From Lingula anatina (Eukaryota; Animalia; Brachiopoda): a DNA stretch of 64,000 nt. The notes under the pieces were generated by a model, which worked only from the letters and a program-made list of their open reading frames with translations, did no database searches and had not been told where the DNA came from. Numbering within the stretch: the first letter of the stretch is position 1; each line of letters starts with the position of its first letter. The DNA is taken from NCBI GenBank assembly GCA_051362555.1, contig CM120640.1:36289967-36353966 (forward strand). The letters run 5' to 3'. The translations under genes were made by a program, and so were the position numbers. Shown piece after piece: positions 26,701 to 38,103 of the stretch.

Positions 26701-29700
26701 TGGAGGCATCTTAAAAAACAGTCTATCGAAGGACAATAGATCTTGCTCTAGGTAGCCCCCTCCTCTCACGTACAGCTTGCCTGGAGTCTTTGGTGTAGGA
26801 TGATAAAAATGGTTGACATCAAATCTGTCATCTGGTAGTGGTCTGGTACAGTCAATGCCTTTAAGAAGCACCTTGGATACAAAAAGTAAAACAAAGTTAA
26901 AAAGCTAAATTTAGTTCTTGCAAAGTTATAATCGTGTAGATCATCGATTTTGCCCTTTTTGAAAGCTTGCACCAAATACACACTAGGCCAATATCCTGGT
27001 ATGCATTGTCATTGTAAGTTTTAATATATATATATATATAACCCCAGTAGTCACGGCTCCCTGTTTTGATGGCTATTATCCCTTACGAAAATTTCCTATA
27101 GGATCCTATAGGATTCCTATAGGGTCCTATAGGAAATCTTATAGGATCCTATAGGGCACATTTCCTATAGGATTTCCTATAGGATCCTATAGGAAATTGT
27201 TGTAAGTTAAAATCTTGAGAAAAATGCATATCTTATAAACATATATCATTCTAAACAATAGATATTTGATATAGGTCCATTTTATCAGTTGAATTGTCAA
27301 TTATATATCACTATTAAAGCAAAAATGCTTTTTATTGTTTATAATGCACAATCTTATAGTCTTCTATAGGATTCTATAGAAATTCTTTAATTTCTTTTTT
27401 AAAGAATTTTTGAAAAAAATTGATCATTTTAAAGTAATCTTTTATAGAGAAATATTTTATCATTAGAAATGTTTTTGTACCAAATCATTGAAGCTGATTT
27501 TTTTTTAATTCATGTTCAGACCATTACAAAAATCTTATAGGAATTTCTATAGGAACCTATAGAAAATCCTATGCTAATATAATTCATTTAGGGAATTTTT
27601 ATAAGCCAGGTTGAATGAAAAATAATGAATCTGGTTTAAATATTAGTATATGATTTTGATTTTTAATTTATGTTCAGACCATTACAAAAATTCCTATTGG
27701 ATCCTATAGGAAATCTTATAGGAAATCAACTCAGGCCTGTAGCCAGGGGGGGGTTCGGGGGGTTCGAAAGAACCGCCCCTTATGCTGGAAAAAGGTCCAC
27801 TCTGGGTAAAATTTGATCCAGGTACATGACATTTTTATGGGAAAAGGTCCACTTTTTCAGAAAAAGAACCCCCCTTTTGAAATTGCTGGCTACGGGCCTG
27901 CAACTGATGTTAGCTAGAGAATGCCCTACTCCACCAACCATAACCATAGATTCAACAACTGTGAATTTCTTTTGTTAGCTTGGCACCTATTATTAGGTCA
28001 CTACTCCTGTAGCTATTGTTACACTAGTAACAGTAACCACCTATTAGGTGTTATCAGATGTGTGGTATCCTGTCTAAGTCTTTGTTTATATGAGACAAGC
28101 AGCAAATGAGTGTACAGCTATAGTTTAAATTCAGGAGCATAGTGGAAGGGTACAGAGTGTAGAAAAATCGATTGAGGAAGGTATGTATAACAGTAATGCA
28201 TTGGATCATTTGGGCATTTAATCAAATTGAAAATGAGATGATTGATCTAATTTGTAGTGTACCTTGTAAACATCATATCTATATTACATTAAACAAGTTA
28301 TAATTTATAAAATATAGCTTCCCTTTTAGCCAACAAAGAAATACTGTTTATTCTCTTTATTTCTTATAAAACTGTGATCAATTGCTCATCAAAATATTTC
28401 TATAAATGCAGTTGAATCTAAAAAAAAAATTACATTTCATATAACTTTTGGTTTGTGATTTATTAAAAATTATCTATTAATGTTATCCACAACTGCCTCA
28501 AAGGAACCATCATGATATATAACTGAGAAAGACCTATGCTAATAAATAACATACAATTAACATGTTAGAGAGGCTGTCAGGGCAAATTTCATTACCTCAC
28601 ATGTTCTTCAGGATTGTTTATTTGCCAAGTTTTCTTTTCATTTAATTTCTTTTCAACCATAAATGTGAGGTAAACACCATAGTTTGTTTAAAAATATTTT
28701 TTGCTTACCTATACATATTGGAAATGAAATGTGCATTGTGAAAATCTGACCATTTTGCTTACACGGAAGCTATAAATTTTAACTTGGAGTTGCTTTTTTT
28801 GTGGTTTGGACTGATGATTTAAGTCAAGCAAAGACTGGTCAGAATATAGGGAATTACTGTTTACCCTCGGAAATTAGTTTTCCATGAGTTTTTGAGACTT
28901 GGCCCTGGCCCTTGGCCCTGACAGCTCTGTAATGGCCCAATTGCATATTTAACCAGAGTAGAGTTTTCTCCACTGCTGATTTCTGCATTTTAAAATTCGT
29001 TTCTGATTGTTCCTGTGGGCTTGGTTCTATGAAATATGTTCAAGTTCTTAAAAATTTTTTTTTACAAATTATCCAGCTTTAATACCTTGTCTTTGAAAAA
29101 AACAGTTAACTAATAAAGGCTATGAAATGCTCAAAATAAAATTGGTGCAATGATTATTATTGATCTCATTAGAAAATTTTTCCTTCATCATTTTGCATTT
29201 TTGTAGACATGTACAATTAATTGAAATTCACAATGTTTTTCTTTTAGATTGTGTCTGCAAATGGTTCAACACAACTTAGACGGAGTTTAAGAAGACTATC
29301 ACAGTAAAGTTGACCAATGTGCAAAAGACTTTTGTCTAAAATTCTTCAATTATTAAGTGACTAAAGCAGTATGCTGACAATGTACACAATCTGGCCAAGG
29401 GAGGTTTTAGCCACTCATTCTGGCAGGAGTTCGAACGCACACAAGAAAAAGACAGTGATGCCACAGCTTGACAAGACATATTTGATCCTTGTGATAACTT
29501 ATAGAACTTATAATTCAAAAGCAGTAGCAGCATCGTTAAATTTGCAAAAATCTATGAAACAATTCTCTAGTAAGCTGGTTGCATAGCATACTGTGGAATA
29601 TGTACATTTATACATTTTTATATATTGAATAAAGAATGTAAACATGATACTCTCTTTTGTTTTGAGGGACCAGTGCCTATAACCAATTTTGCCTAAGTTC

Positions 29701-30369
29701 CAACAATATATAAAAAGCTGTAAAAATATTCAAAACAGTTAATATAAATTTCTATAGGTTCCTATAAGATTTCCTATAGGATCCTATAAGATTTCCTATA
29801 GGATCCTATAGGAAATTGGGCCAATTTCCTATAGGAACCTATAGGAAATTCTATAGGATCCTATAGGAAATCTTATAGGATCCTATAGGAAATTGGGCCA
29901 ATTTCCTATAGGAACCTATAGGAAATTCTATAGGAACCTATAGGAAATTCTATAGGATCCTATAGGATATTCTATAGGATCCTATAGGAAATTGGGCCAA
30001 TTTCCTATAGGAACCTATAGGAAATTCTATAGGATCCTATAGGAAATTTCCTATAGGAATCCTATAGGAAATTTTCGTAAGGGATTGAACATTTAATTTT
30101 TCCACATATGTTGTAATTATCTTCAAAGGACAGTTCATGCTGTGATAAAGATATGATATTACAAACTTAATTTACTCACTTTTTGGAACTATTGTTGCAT
30201 TATCGGAACCTGGTTAATGTTTTAAAAAAGATACACTTACCTCCCAAAAGTCCTTGACGTTATTAATTTCCCCTGGGAAACGACAACCGATTCCAACAAT
30301 TGCAACTTTCTTGTTTTCAGGTAGCCAAGTAGGCATTTGACATGGTTCTTTTTTGCGTCTTTGAGGCAT
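14721..30369 (-). CDS. Type I (probably iterative) polyketide synthase PKS-A, KS-AT-DH-psiKR-degenerate ER-KR-ACP-TE, ~2421 aa, 7 coding exons
   Basis: Exons (GT-AG, phases consistent): 30369-30241, 26871-26700, 24478-24371, 23387-22402, 22027-21662, 20477-20384, 20131-14721 (7266 nt). KS: [43 protein letters not shown]: GMGTQW, GHSVGE, NAFHS. DH: [23 protein letters not shown]: [21 protein letters not shown]: GLDSLMA. TE: GHSFG...GHLFL. Confidence 0.93.
24620..25280. repeat. Copy of a dispersed repeat family (probable non-autonomous transposon) in PKS-A coding intron 2
   Basis: Segments (gagattcaaaattccacaa...; ctcttaagagatttt...gactaacttt...accattggtaaa...; gccaaaa.gaag.gttat) recur at ~13270-13420, ~44000-44340, ~26585 and ~61645. 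Confidence 0.5.
25389..25434. mobile_element. 46-bp hairpin mini-MITE (two TIRs only) with TAA target-site duplication, PIF/Harbinger-like
   Basis: gacccccttcccatacctagat-tg-atctaggtatgggaatggggtc, one mismatch between arms; TAA on both flanks. Confidence 0.6.
27080..30083. mobile_element. 3.0-kb TIR DNA transposon (CCC...GGG ends, 2-bp AT TSD, CMC/EnSpm-like) with subterminal CCTATAGG arrays, in PKS-A coding intron 1
   Basis: TIRs cccttacgaaaatttcctatagga / tcctataggaaattttcgtaaggg; arrays at 27095-27195 and 29750-30070; the empty site is visible in the PKS-B intron at ~62670-62730. Confidence 0.85.
27732..27900. mobile_element. 169-bp MITE nested in the 3-kb element
   Basis: TIRs caggcctgtagccag / ctggctacgggcctg; 5-bp direct repeat caact on both flanks. 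Confidence 0.8.
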
Positions 30370-31353
30370 ATCTAGAGAAAAATGTGACAAATACAAAAGT
30401 AGATTTCTGCTCTGGGTACCTACACATGGCTCATTGGGTGCACGAAACAAAACTCAAAATTGCCTAATTATAATCCAATTCATGATCACATTGCAAGTTC
30501 TTCTACCCTATGGTGCAGTGTCTGGTCCACAATTGTTATTAATCATTATTGGACCTTCCTGGAAAGTGGGCAATTAAAAAACATAGTGCAAAAACAATCT
30601 CATTTAAAAAGGCAATATGATTGTCAAACCACCAAAAATTTGAATTTTTAGGAATTTTATAGGTTTTTTAAGCTCTATGTAAGTTAACACTTGGCTTCCA
30701 TCTTCCCCATAGTAATCAATGACCTTCTGACATTATCTTGCAGACCTAGGACCAATAGGTCATCACATGCCATCGTTTGGAATGACCAATTAAGTAAAGT
30801 TAAGAATGATAAGGGCATACACGTGAATATATATATATATATATATATATATTTGCAAAGAAGGTTTCAATTTTATATTATGATCCATTAGTTTGTACCA
30901 TAGCCCTATTCTCCATATTTTATCGAAGGCAGCCTTACCATGAAAGCAAAAAAAATTTAAATGAGATCAAGATATCTATGTCAAAGTTTTTAGAGTAAAT
31001 ATGTGATCAATGGTTGAATAGTTGGCTCGGAAACCTTGGTTATCTTTTTATATGTCAAAAAGTTATTAGAGAAATCGGCTAATCTTTTACACAATATGGA
31101 GTGAATACTTTGCCCAGGCAACTAAGTACAGTAATTGGTCGTTAGTTCCTCAGATCATTCATATTTCCTTTATTCTTATAGATTGGAATAATAGTGCACT
31201 CAAGTCATGCTTCTGGCAAAATACTAGTATTGAGTGCCATACTAAACAATTTTAAATAAATTGGTAACATAAAGGTAACACAGAGCACTTTTGTTTTCCT
31301 TTGATTTTTTATTGTATTTTGGAATTCAACTCCAGTAATTTACATGAAGCATT

Positions 31354-33088
31354 TCATTTTTGAATTTTTTTTTGCTGTTCTTTAATCCACCTCTGCCAAA
31401 ATTGGTCTGCAAGTAACTGTGCGTGTTTCCACTGTTCATTATATTGATCATGCTTTGTGAAATTGTCAGCAGACAAGCAGGAGGGATTCAAACGCAGCAA
31501 CAGTAGTTGGTTGGGTGACAAGGTTTCTAAGTCGTAGTGATGGTCTGCTTTGCGTATCAATGGGCGATCATTTGCGATTTTCTCAATTTCAGCAAGCACG
31601 ATAAGTCATGTCTCATCATCCACCAATTTATTTCCCAAGATAGAACGCATAATTTTCCATACTGGTCTGATTGAACGCTCCCATACGCCACCTGCATGGC
31701 TTGCACATGGCTTGCAATTGAGATACCACTGAATGTTGGAGAAGTGATAAAGAAATGATGTAACAATTGCTCTACACCATCAAATACTTCCAAAGACGCA
31801 ATGGCATGTACCTGAGCTGATTTACTCATAACTTCTCCATCATTTCCTGGAAGTTCGTGTAGTGGGTAGATTATCTGTTTTTTTTTTTTTTTTTTCGACC
31901 AGTATAACTCGGGCTGGTACAAAAAGCTGGGCCATGTAATCAACGCTGTATGTCTTCACCACTGTCACTTCTGAGCTGTATTCCCCTTGAAAGGTAATCT
32001 TCTGGGTTATGATCAGAATTAACATGGTATCACTGCGAAGGTGTCCATGAAACATCATGTATCATTTAAAGACGATTGGCAACAAACACAAAAACGTGGA
32101 ATCTGATCGCAGAATTCTGAATAAACTGGAGAACAATCATAGAATCTGTCCAGAAAATAACGCGATGAATATCATGATCAATGGGCACTTGAAGCTCCTC
32201 CAAGATTTGTTTGTGAACTTTCGCAGGCAATGTTGCAGCTGTCAGCTCCATTCATAGAACAGTCACTGTTTTCAGAGGCAATACATGTGATTTCCCACAG
32301 ACTATGTTGCAATATACTTGCTGGTTAATATCAACAAACAGCAGGTAGAAAACAACGCTGTATGTAGCCAGATAATGAGGCAATGGCTCAAGGGACTGTA
32401 TATCTGCTAAATAAGTTGATTTCTAACATCTTGCGACTTCAATTGTAAATTGTCCAAACCTTCTCTCCACTGTGCCCATGCATTTAGATGCTGCAAAGCC
32501 CATTGGGTCATAAATTGATACAATAAATGACAAAATACTTATTCGAGTATCCTTTACATCCCTCTCACGGACAAAGTATCCAAATGTTTTCATTTTCTAT
32601 GTTCCACTTTATGCCTAATACATGTCCTATTGGCTGTTTGTCTATGTTTGTTTCTGACTGATGGATGAAATACACCTTTATGCAGTAGCGTGGTGAGCTG
32701 AATGATCATCTTCTCAGCTTCATCAATGCTCCCTTTCTGCATTTTGAGGGGGAGCGTAGACTGTACAACTTGCAGATTAGTAGTGGCAAACGTGTGCACT
32801 GCCATTTGTTATTCTTCTGGTTGTTTGCTGAGATCTGCCATCCACCATAGGAATCGTAGGGCATCACGATCATCAGGATGTACTTCCACTTGATGATACA
32901 TTTGTTCAATAGCAGCAACAATGGTTATCTTTTTCTGATGATTTCTTTTTTTTTTGTCCGAAATGAGTCTGTAATGAGTTTCAAGCCTTGAAATAACTTG
33001 CTTCTGGTTCCAGTATGACATAGCTTTTTTATTTATTTATTTATTTATTTATTTTTATTTTTATTTATTTATTTTTTATTTATTTATT

Positions 33089-33121
<33 letters not shown>

Positions 33122-33250
33122 GGCTTCAAGTCTGGTACTGTCTGTTCTCTATTAGTTTTAAAGTTTCTGATGAAAACTGGGTATAATACAGGATCACTGT
33201 TGAAATACAAATACTCACGTTTAGGCATTTCTTGATTGAGTGTGATCTCT
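31354..33250 (-). mobile_element. Degenerate BEL/Pao LTR retrotransposon (gag, RT, RNase H, integrase fragments)
   Basis: Frameshifted fragments: FNSDPVLYPVFIRNF (gag-like), IEQMYHQVEVHPDDRDALRFLWW (RT), ELTAATL...VIFWTDSMIVL...VFVANR (RNase H), HAGGVWERSIR and AEIEKIANDRPL...SPNQLLL...QFWQRWIKE (integrase and its C-terminal region). Confidence 0.85.
33026..33121. repeat. (TTTA)n/(ATT)n microsatellite
   Basis: Direct reading; a similar (TTTA)n run is at 34391-34430, and (TA)n runs are at ~30827-30852 and ~35216-35239. Confidence 0.85.
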
Positions 33251-33600
33251 TTCAATGCTCTTTGCTGCTGTTGCAATGAAATGCTGGGTGGAAATGAAAT
33301 AATGTAGCCTACAAACTCATGGGGTATACCCAGAGCAACGTAAAAGCTAGCTTGTAAAATATACATTGTGATGGAGTCGCTTTTACTAGTATTGCTGATA
33401 TGGGTTATATATGAAATCAAGATCGAGCTGGCAATACCGGAATCTAGAACCTAGGGTAATGGGGTACCACCCTGATTGAAAAGTTATCAAATATGCAAAT
33501 GATTAACTTCTTGTGTTAGATGTATTAGCCTGCTCCTCTAACACAATAAAAGGCAAACTAAACCCTACACTCCCCAGTTAAGTGATGGCCTAGGGTAAAT

Positions 33601-33760
33601 CGGGGCCGTAGCGATAGTCCGAAGGTTCAATAGTCCGAAGGTTCATTGGTCCGAATGTTCACTATAGAACCTTCGGACCAATGAACCCTTGATTAAAAAA
33701 TCGATGAAAATGTTACCACTTTTCGGACCAATGAACCTTCGGACTATCGAGACGCCCCCG
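33601..33760. mobile_element. 160-bp MITE with internal tccgaaggttc/gaaccttcgga subterminal repeats
   Basis: Ends cggggccgtagcgatagtccgaaggttc / gaaccttcggactatcgagacgcccccg; ggtaaat duplicated on both flanks (7-8 bp TSD). Confidence 0.8.
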
Positions 33761-34392
33761 GGTAAATCACAGCGTTCAAGAATTCTCTTTTGACACTGCA
33801 AAGAAAGAACCGCGCTTAGAATGGGTCCATCAACTTAATTGCAGTCAATTCCTTCATTTTCGGATAAATTGAGATTCCTTCTTGAAGTTTGTTGTTTTGA
33901 TGGCTAACCCCGTGTTCAATGTAATGTTTGTACGACGTTTCCTGAACACTGTGTGGTGAAAACAATTGCTCACAACCACTTTTTATTGAGACGAAGTTGA
34001 GCAAATGGATTGCCTGGCCTATTTAATCTCTTGATTTGTGTCCCATAGGGCAATGCTGGGATACTCTAAACTGGGGTGTTTGAAAAGGAGAGATACAGAA
34101 AACTATTGGACAAACTGAGAAAGGCGTTTGTTGAGGAACGGGTCGATCGTGACCAGTGATAATGCAGAAATTGTAAAATGGTGAATTATCATTTGTAGGC
34201 CTATATGTAATTTAGGATTTCTCTTTCTCCTAGACAATGTTTCACACAATGTTTCACACCAAAATAAAACGGGTCGATCGTACAGTTTAAGTCAGTACTT
34301 CTAGAACTTGAGCAGGGCTTTCACGACATTCTTCATGTAAGTCTGCACTGGAGAATAATAGGGTGACACTGGGATTCAGCACAACTCCTCTT

Positions 34393-34427
<35 letters not shown>

Positions 34428-34828
34428 TTTGAGAAAATGGTGATTAATGAACAATTGATCGCCAAAAGGAACTCAAACGGTAAACGTTCAACAAAAATAC
34501 TGTCACTTAAAGTTAGAACATGAAATAATAATGATTATAATAAAAACACTAATGGTCTGGTTGAATGTTGCATCCGTCTTACTTATTGAAACCTTGGACA
34601 TAATAAGATCTTTTTATGTCCAAGTTGAAACCATACTGAAACCTTAGGCTACTGAAATCACGGATGTAATGTTCTGTTGGAATATTCAATCATTTTATAA
34701 AGAGTGTATTTTTGTAAAAATGTAGAGTGATGTGTATTCCACGCTATTTTTAGGTTTGGCCTTGTATAATCGGTCTCTGTTGAGAAACCTGTTTTAACTG
34801 TGTTAATATTTGTCCCTAAACAACAAGA

Positions 34829-35155
34829 GTTTGAAGAAATGCCCCGCACCTGTGAAGCAAGTTACTAGCTTTTTTTGTGTTTGACACTCGACTCTCAAAG
34901 AGAATCAGTCTGCGATCACCCGATATTTGTACTGGTTTTATTTTGCGCTTGCCAAGGCTAACATTTACGTCACGACCCGATTTCATAATAGCGAATAAAA
35001 AACAAAATATGGCGGCGCCCATGCACCTAAATCTAGCGATTGTGAATGTTCCAGAAAAAAGGCTAGAAAGGGATTGTATTGAGCTGACAGATACTCAATC
35101 GTTGCTTTGGAGTAAATGAAGCAACAGGAAAACAGACTATAAGGTATTTCAGTAA
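34829..35155. repeat. ~320-bp direct repeat, copy 1 (copy 2 at ~37282-37640, partial copy at ~37184-37240)
   Basis: Shared blocks gtttgaagaaatg, actcgactct..caaagagaatcagtc, acatttacgtcacgacc, ggcggcgcccatgcac, gcgattgtgaat.ttccaga. Confidence 0.8.
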
Positions 35156-35593
35156 ATAAGGGTTAAATTTGACTTAGGCTACTGTTGTGTTTCGCTGTTT
35201 TTGTAATCTTGTTAAATATATATATATATATATATATATCAGTATTTCTGAGTGAGATGTCAGGATGAACAAAACTAGGCCTATTTACCTACTACATGCA
35301 ATGGCGAGAGAATAAACAATTTATTGACCTGTTTTAGCTTTCACATGTCCATCATCCAGTAAGAAATAAAAAATATATAGGCCTAGGCCTATAGTTTCAA
35401 TGAGTGCAAACTTCTAGGGTAATCACTCAATAGGTACGACCATTGAAATGAGCAATTAATAGCTTTACTGGCATGAAAATGGACACCAATCATAATTGTT
35501 TTCTTCAGTTTGCTATGGTTTTAATCAAGATAGACTTGATGCCTTTTTAGCGTTTTAGACCCTATCAGTAATAGAACAATGAAACATATTCAA

Positions 35594-35762
35594 CAGGGGC
35601 GGATCCAGAAATATTTCCTGACAGTCTTCCATATTATATTTGGTTATCTATTTTCCATTTTTGACCGTCTTCCGACAGAAAAAAATTAGATACCCTTCAA
35701 TGTAAACTTGAAAATCTGACCGTCTTCCGGAAGACCCAGAAGACGGCCTAAATCCGCCCCTG
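35594..35762. mobile_element. 169-bp MITE
   Basis: TIRs caggggcggat / atccgcccctg; 5-bp TSD ttcaa on both flanks. Confidence 0.8.
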
Positions 35763-35943
35763 TTCAAAGCCTTTAATACCCCTGCTAACACAAAAACGTT
35801 GCTTAGATGTATGTTTAACCAAAGTTTTTTCATAGCTTTTAATGGGTTATCTTTTTTAACATTTTCAAAAACGTAACTGGGTAAATATAACCGACAGATG
35901 TCAACATGTTTAGACCAGTATGACAGTAAGTGATAAAACTTAC

Positions 35944-36363
35944 CTTGAGTTTAACTGATTCAGATTCGGCTACGATTAACCCAGCCCGTCCGTTTGAGAT
36001 GAAGCTAGAAAACAGGTTTTCATAAAAAAGTGACAAGCTGAAAATAGAAAACAGTTTTTTTAGAAACGAATTGAATAGCCGACTAGGAAGTAACGGCATA
36101 AAAATATCTGAGGCTCAGCCAATCACGAAAAAGTTATTGCCAAACTGGAATATCACGTGATCTTTGAATGCAGAAAACAATACCCCTTCCTGACATAACT
36201 TGCATTCTGATACCGATCAATTAATAATAACGAGCAACGGGTGTGTGTTTTCATGGCGCTGTATAACAAGAAGACCAGATAAAAGTCTGTCTCCTACCTT
36301 ATTCACAGCGCTATCGACGGTAAAATTGGCCTTTCAGCAGTGTGCGATGTGAAGATCTGACAG
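35944..36363. promoter_or_regulatory. Putative bidirectional promoter with non-coding first exons for PKS-A (-) and the PTCHD gene (+)
   Basis: Minus-strand donor AAG|GTAAGT at 35944/35943; plus-strand donor CAG|GTAAGG at 36363/36364; between them GGAAGT (36086), CCAAT (36119-36123) and palindrome ATCACGTGAT (36152-36161). The PKS-A ATG is 2 nt after an acceptor AG, consistent with an upstream UTR exon. Confidence 0.55.
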
Positions 36364-37281
36364 GTAAGGAAAGGACATGTGAGACCCCTCAACAGAGCCA
36401 AACCGCTTAGCTAATTGCAATTTCAATTTACCGTCGCTCATTGTCTTTATAGAGGAAGCATTTTGAAATTTGACTACCTTAAAGGTTTCCAATTTCTGCA
36501 GAATATAAAAAAATAAAATTCTTATGGCGCAATTGGGTGAATGGAAGTTGGTCGTTTTAATGGACCATTCTGTAAATGTGATTTTAACTATTCTTGAAAT
36601 TTAGAGGAATATTCCCTTAAGACAGGTATACAAAAACTTTCACCCCTGCTTTTCATAGCCAAATCGTAGTCAGCTGACGAATGCTTAACAATTCTCAGTG
36701 AATACATAAGAATGGTTAACAATGTACTAGGAATCATCTAAGAATGTACCCAGGACCTGTTAATTAGCCAAGATTTTTTGCATTTTGAACAGCTCAAAAC
36801 TTTTGTCCTGATTTCACGATCTCTCAAGAATAAAACATACAACTGTGCCCTGCCACCATATCGTCAAGCTAATCATGGATGCAACTCAACTGAAGATTTT
36901 TGTAATGGCTAAAAAATAACGAAAACATTAAACAGCAAAACATGATGACTTGCGCCATAAGACGTTACGAAGTTGTTTTTTCTTTTCAATTGTTTAAAAC
37001 CCGGCGACTCATCGAAAGTACAGTAGACGCAAGCTATCGACGTTTTCACGTAGCTGTCGACGTGAATAGGTACATATAAAATACAATACAATATAGTACA
37101 ATGCTAAGTGGATAGCGTATTAAATAATTATACTTTACCCTTTCTCAGCACGAAAAAAGGTCCCTATCAACAAGATGAAGTAATGGTCCCACACCTGTGA
37201 AACAAGTTACTAGTTTTTTGTGTTTGAAACTCAACTCTCCCAAACTCAACTCAGCCCGAGTAAAGGTATCTATATCAACAC

Positions 37282-37640
37282 AGTTTGAAGAAATGGTCCC
37301 ACACCGTGAGACAAGTCACTAGCTTTTTTTTTTTTTTTTGTTTGTTTGCAACTCGACTCTCTCAAAGAGAATCAGTCGGCTCTCACCTGATATTTATGCT
37401 ATTTTGCGCTCCCCAGGGCTTACATTTACGTCACGACCTGTTTTCTCAACAGCGACCTAGAATTAATCAATAAAAGAATACGGCGGCGCCCATGCACTTA
37501 GCGATTGTGAATTTTCCAGATGAAGGCTTTTTTATATAAAAAGCAGTAGGAGGAGATTTTGTTAAGAGTGCTGATAGGTATTCATTCATGGCTTTTGAGT
37601 ATATAAAGCTACATGAAAATAGACTGTTAGTTATTTAAGT
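37282..37640. repeat. ~320-bp direct repeat, copy 2
   Basis: Homologous to 34829-35155 (see that feature). Confidence 0.8.
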
Positions 37641-38103
37641 AACACGACCTGATTTCCCAACAGCGACTGATATGTGATAACCTTGACAAGAGCAATCCTT
37701 TTTGCACTCTGTCCGCGAGGGAACCTTGGAAGCCAATATTGAGTTGAGTTTGTCTTATTGTATGTTCAATTGTCTTAGTGATTTTGTCTTAACTGCACGT
37801 TTGTTTGTGTTTTTGTCTTTCCTTTTGTTTGCGCCTTAAAACCCGTATCCTCAAAAGTCACTCTCCCTTGGGCCTTAGGACTAGGCGTTCCCACCCTTCA
37901 AAGATACCGAAAAAATTGATTTGCGATATTGAAAAATGGCGAATATCATAAACCTGTTTTGTGTATGACATACAATTTTGCAAATGCGCACATTTACCTA
38001 ATAGAATCTGCAAGTAAAACACACACAGCGGGTAGATGTTATGGGATGTATTTGAATACAAATAATTTTAACGAAGGTTTTCGTTCTTCCAGTTGTTCCA
38101 GAA

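Noticed and set aside
29750-30083. CRISPR-like array in the CCTATAGG repeats (and in 59276-59870)
   Set aside because: There are no unique spacers or cas genes and the context is eukaryotic; these are transposon subterminal or satellite repeats.
14721-30369. Calling the synthases fatty acid synthase (FASN) or bacterial contamination
   Set aside because: The KS N-terminus and motifs are PKS-type, the ER is degenerate and the TE is TEII-like. Spliceosomal introns, host-type transposons and flanking animal genes show genuine integration.
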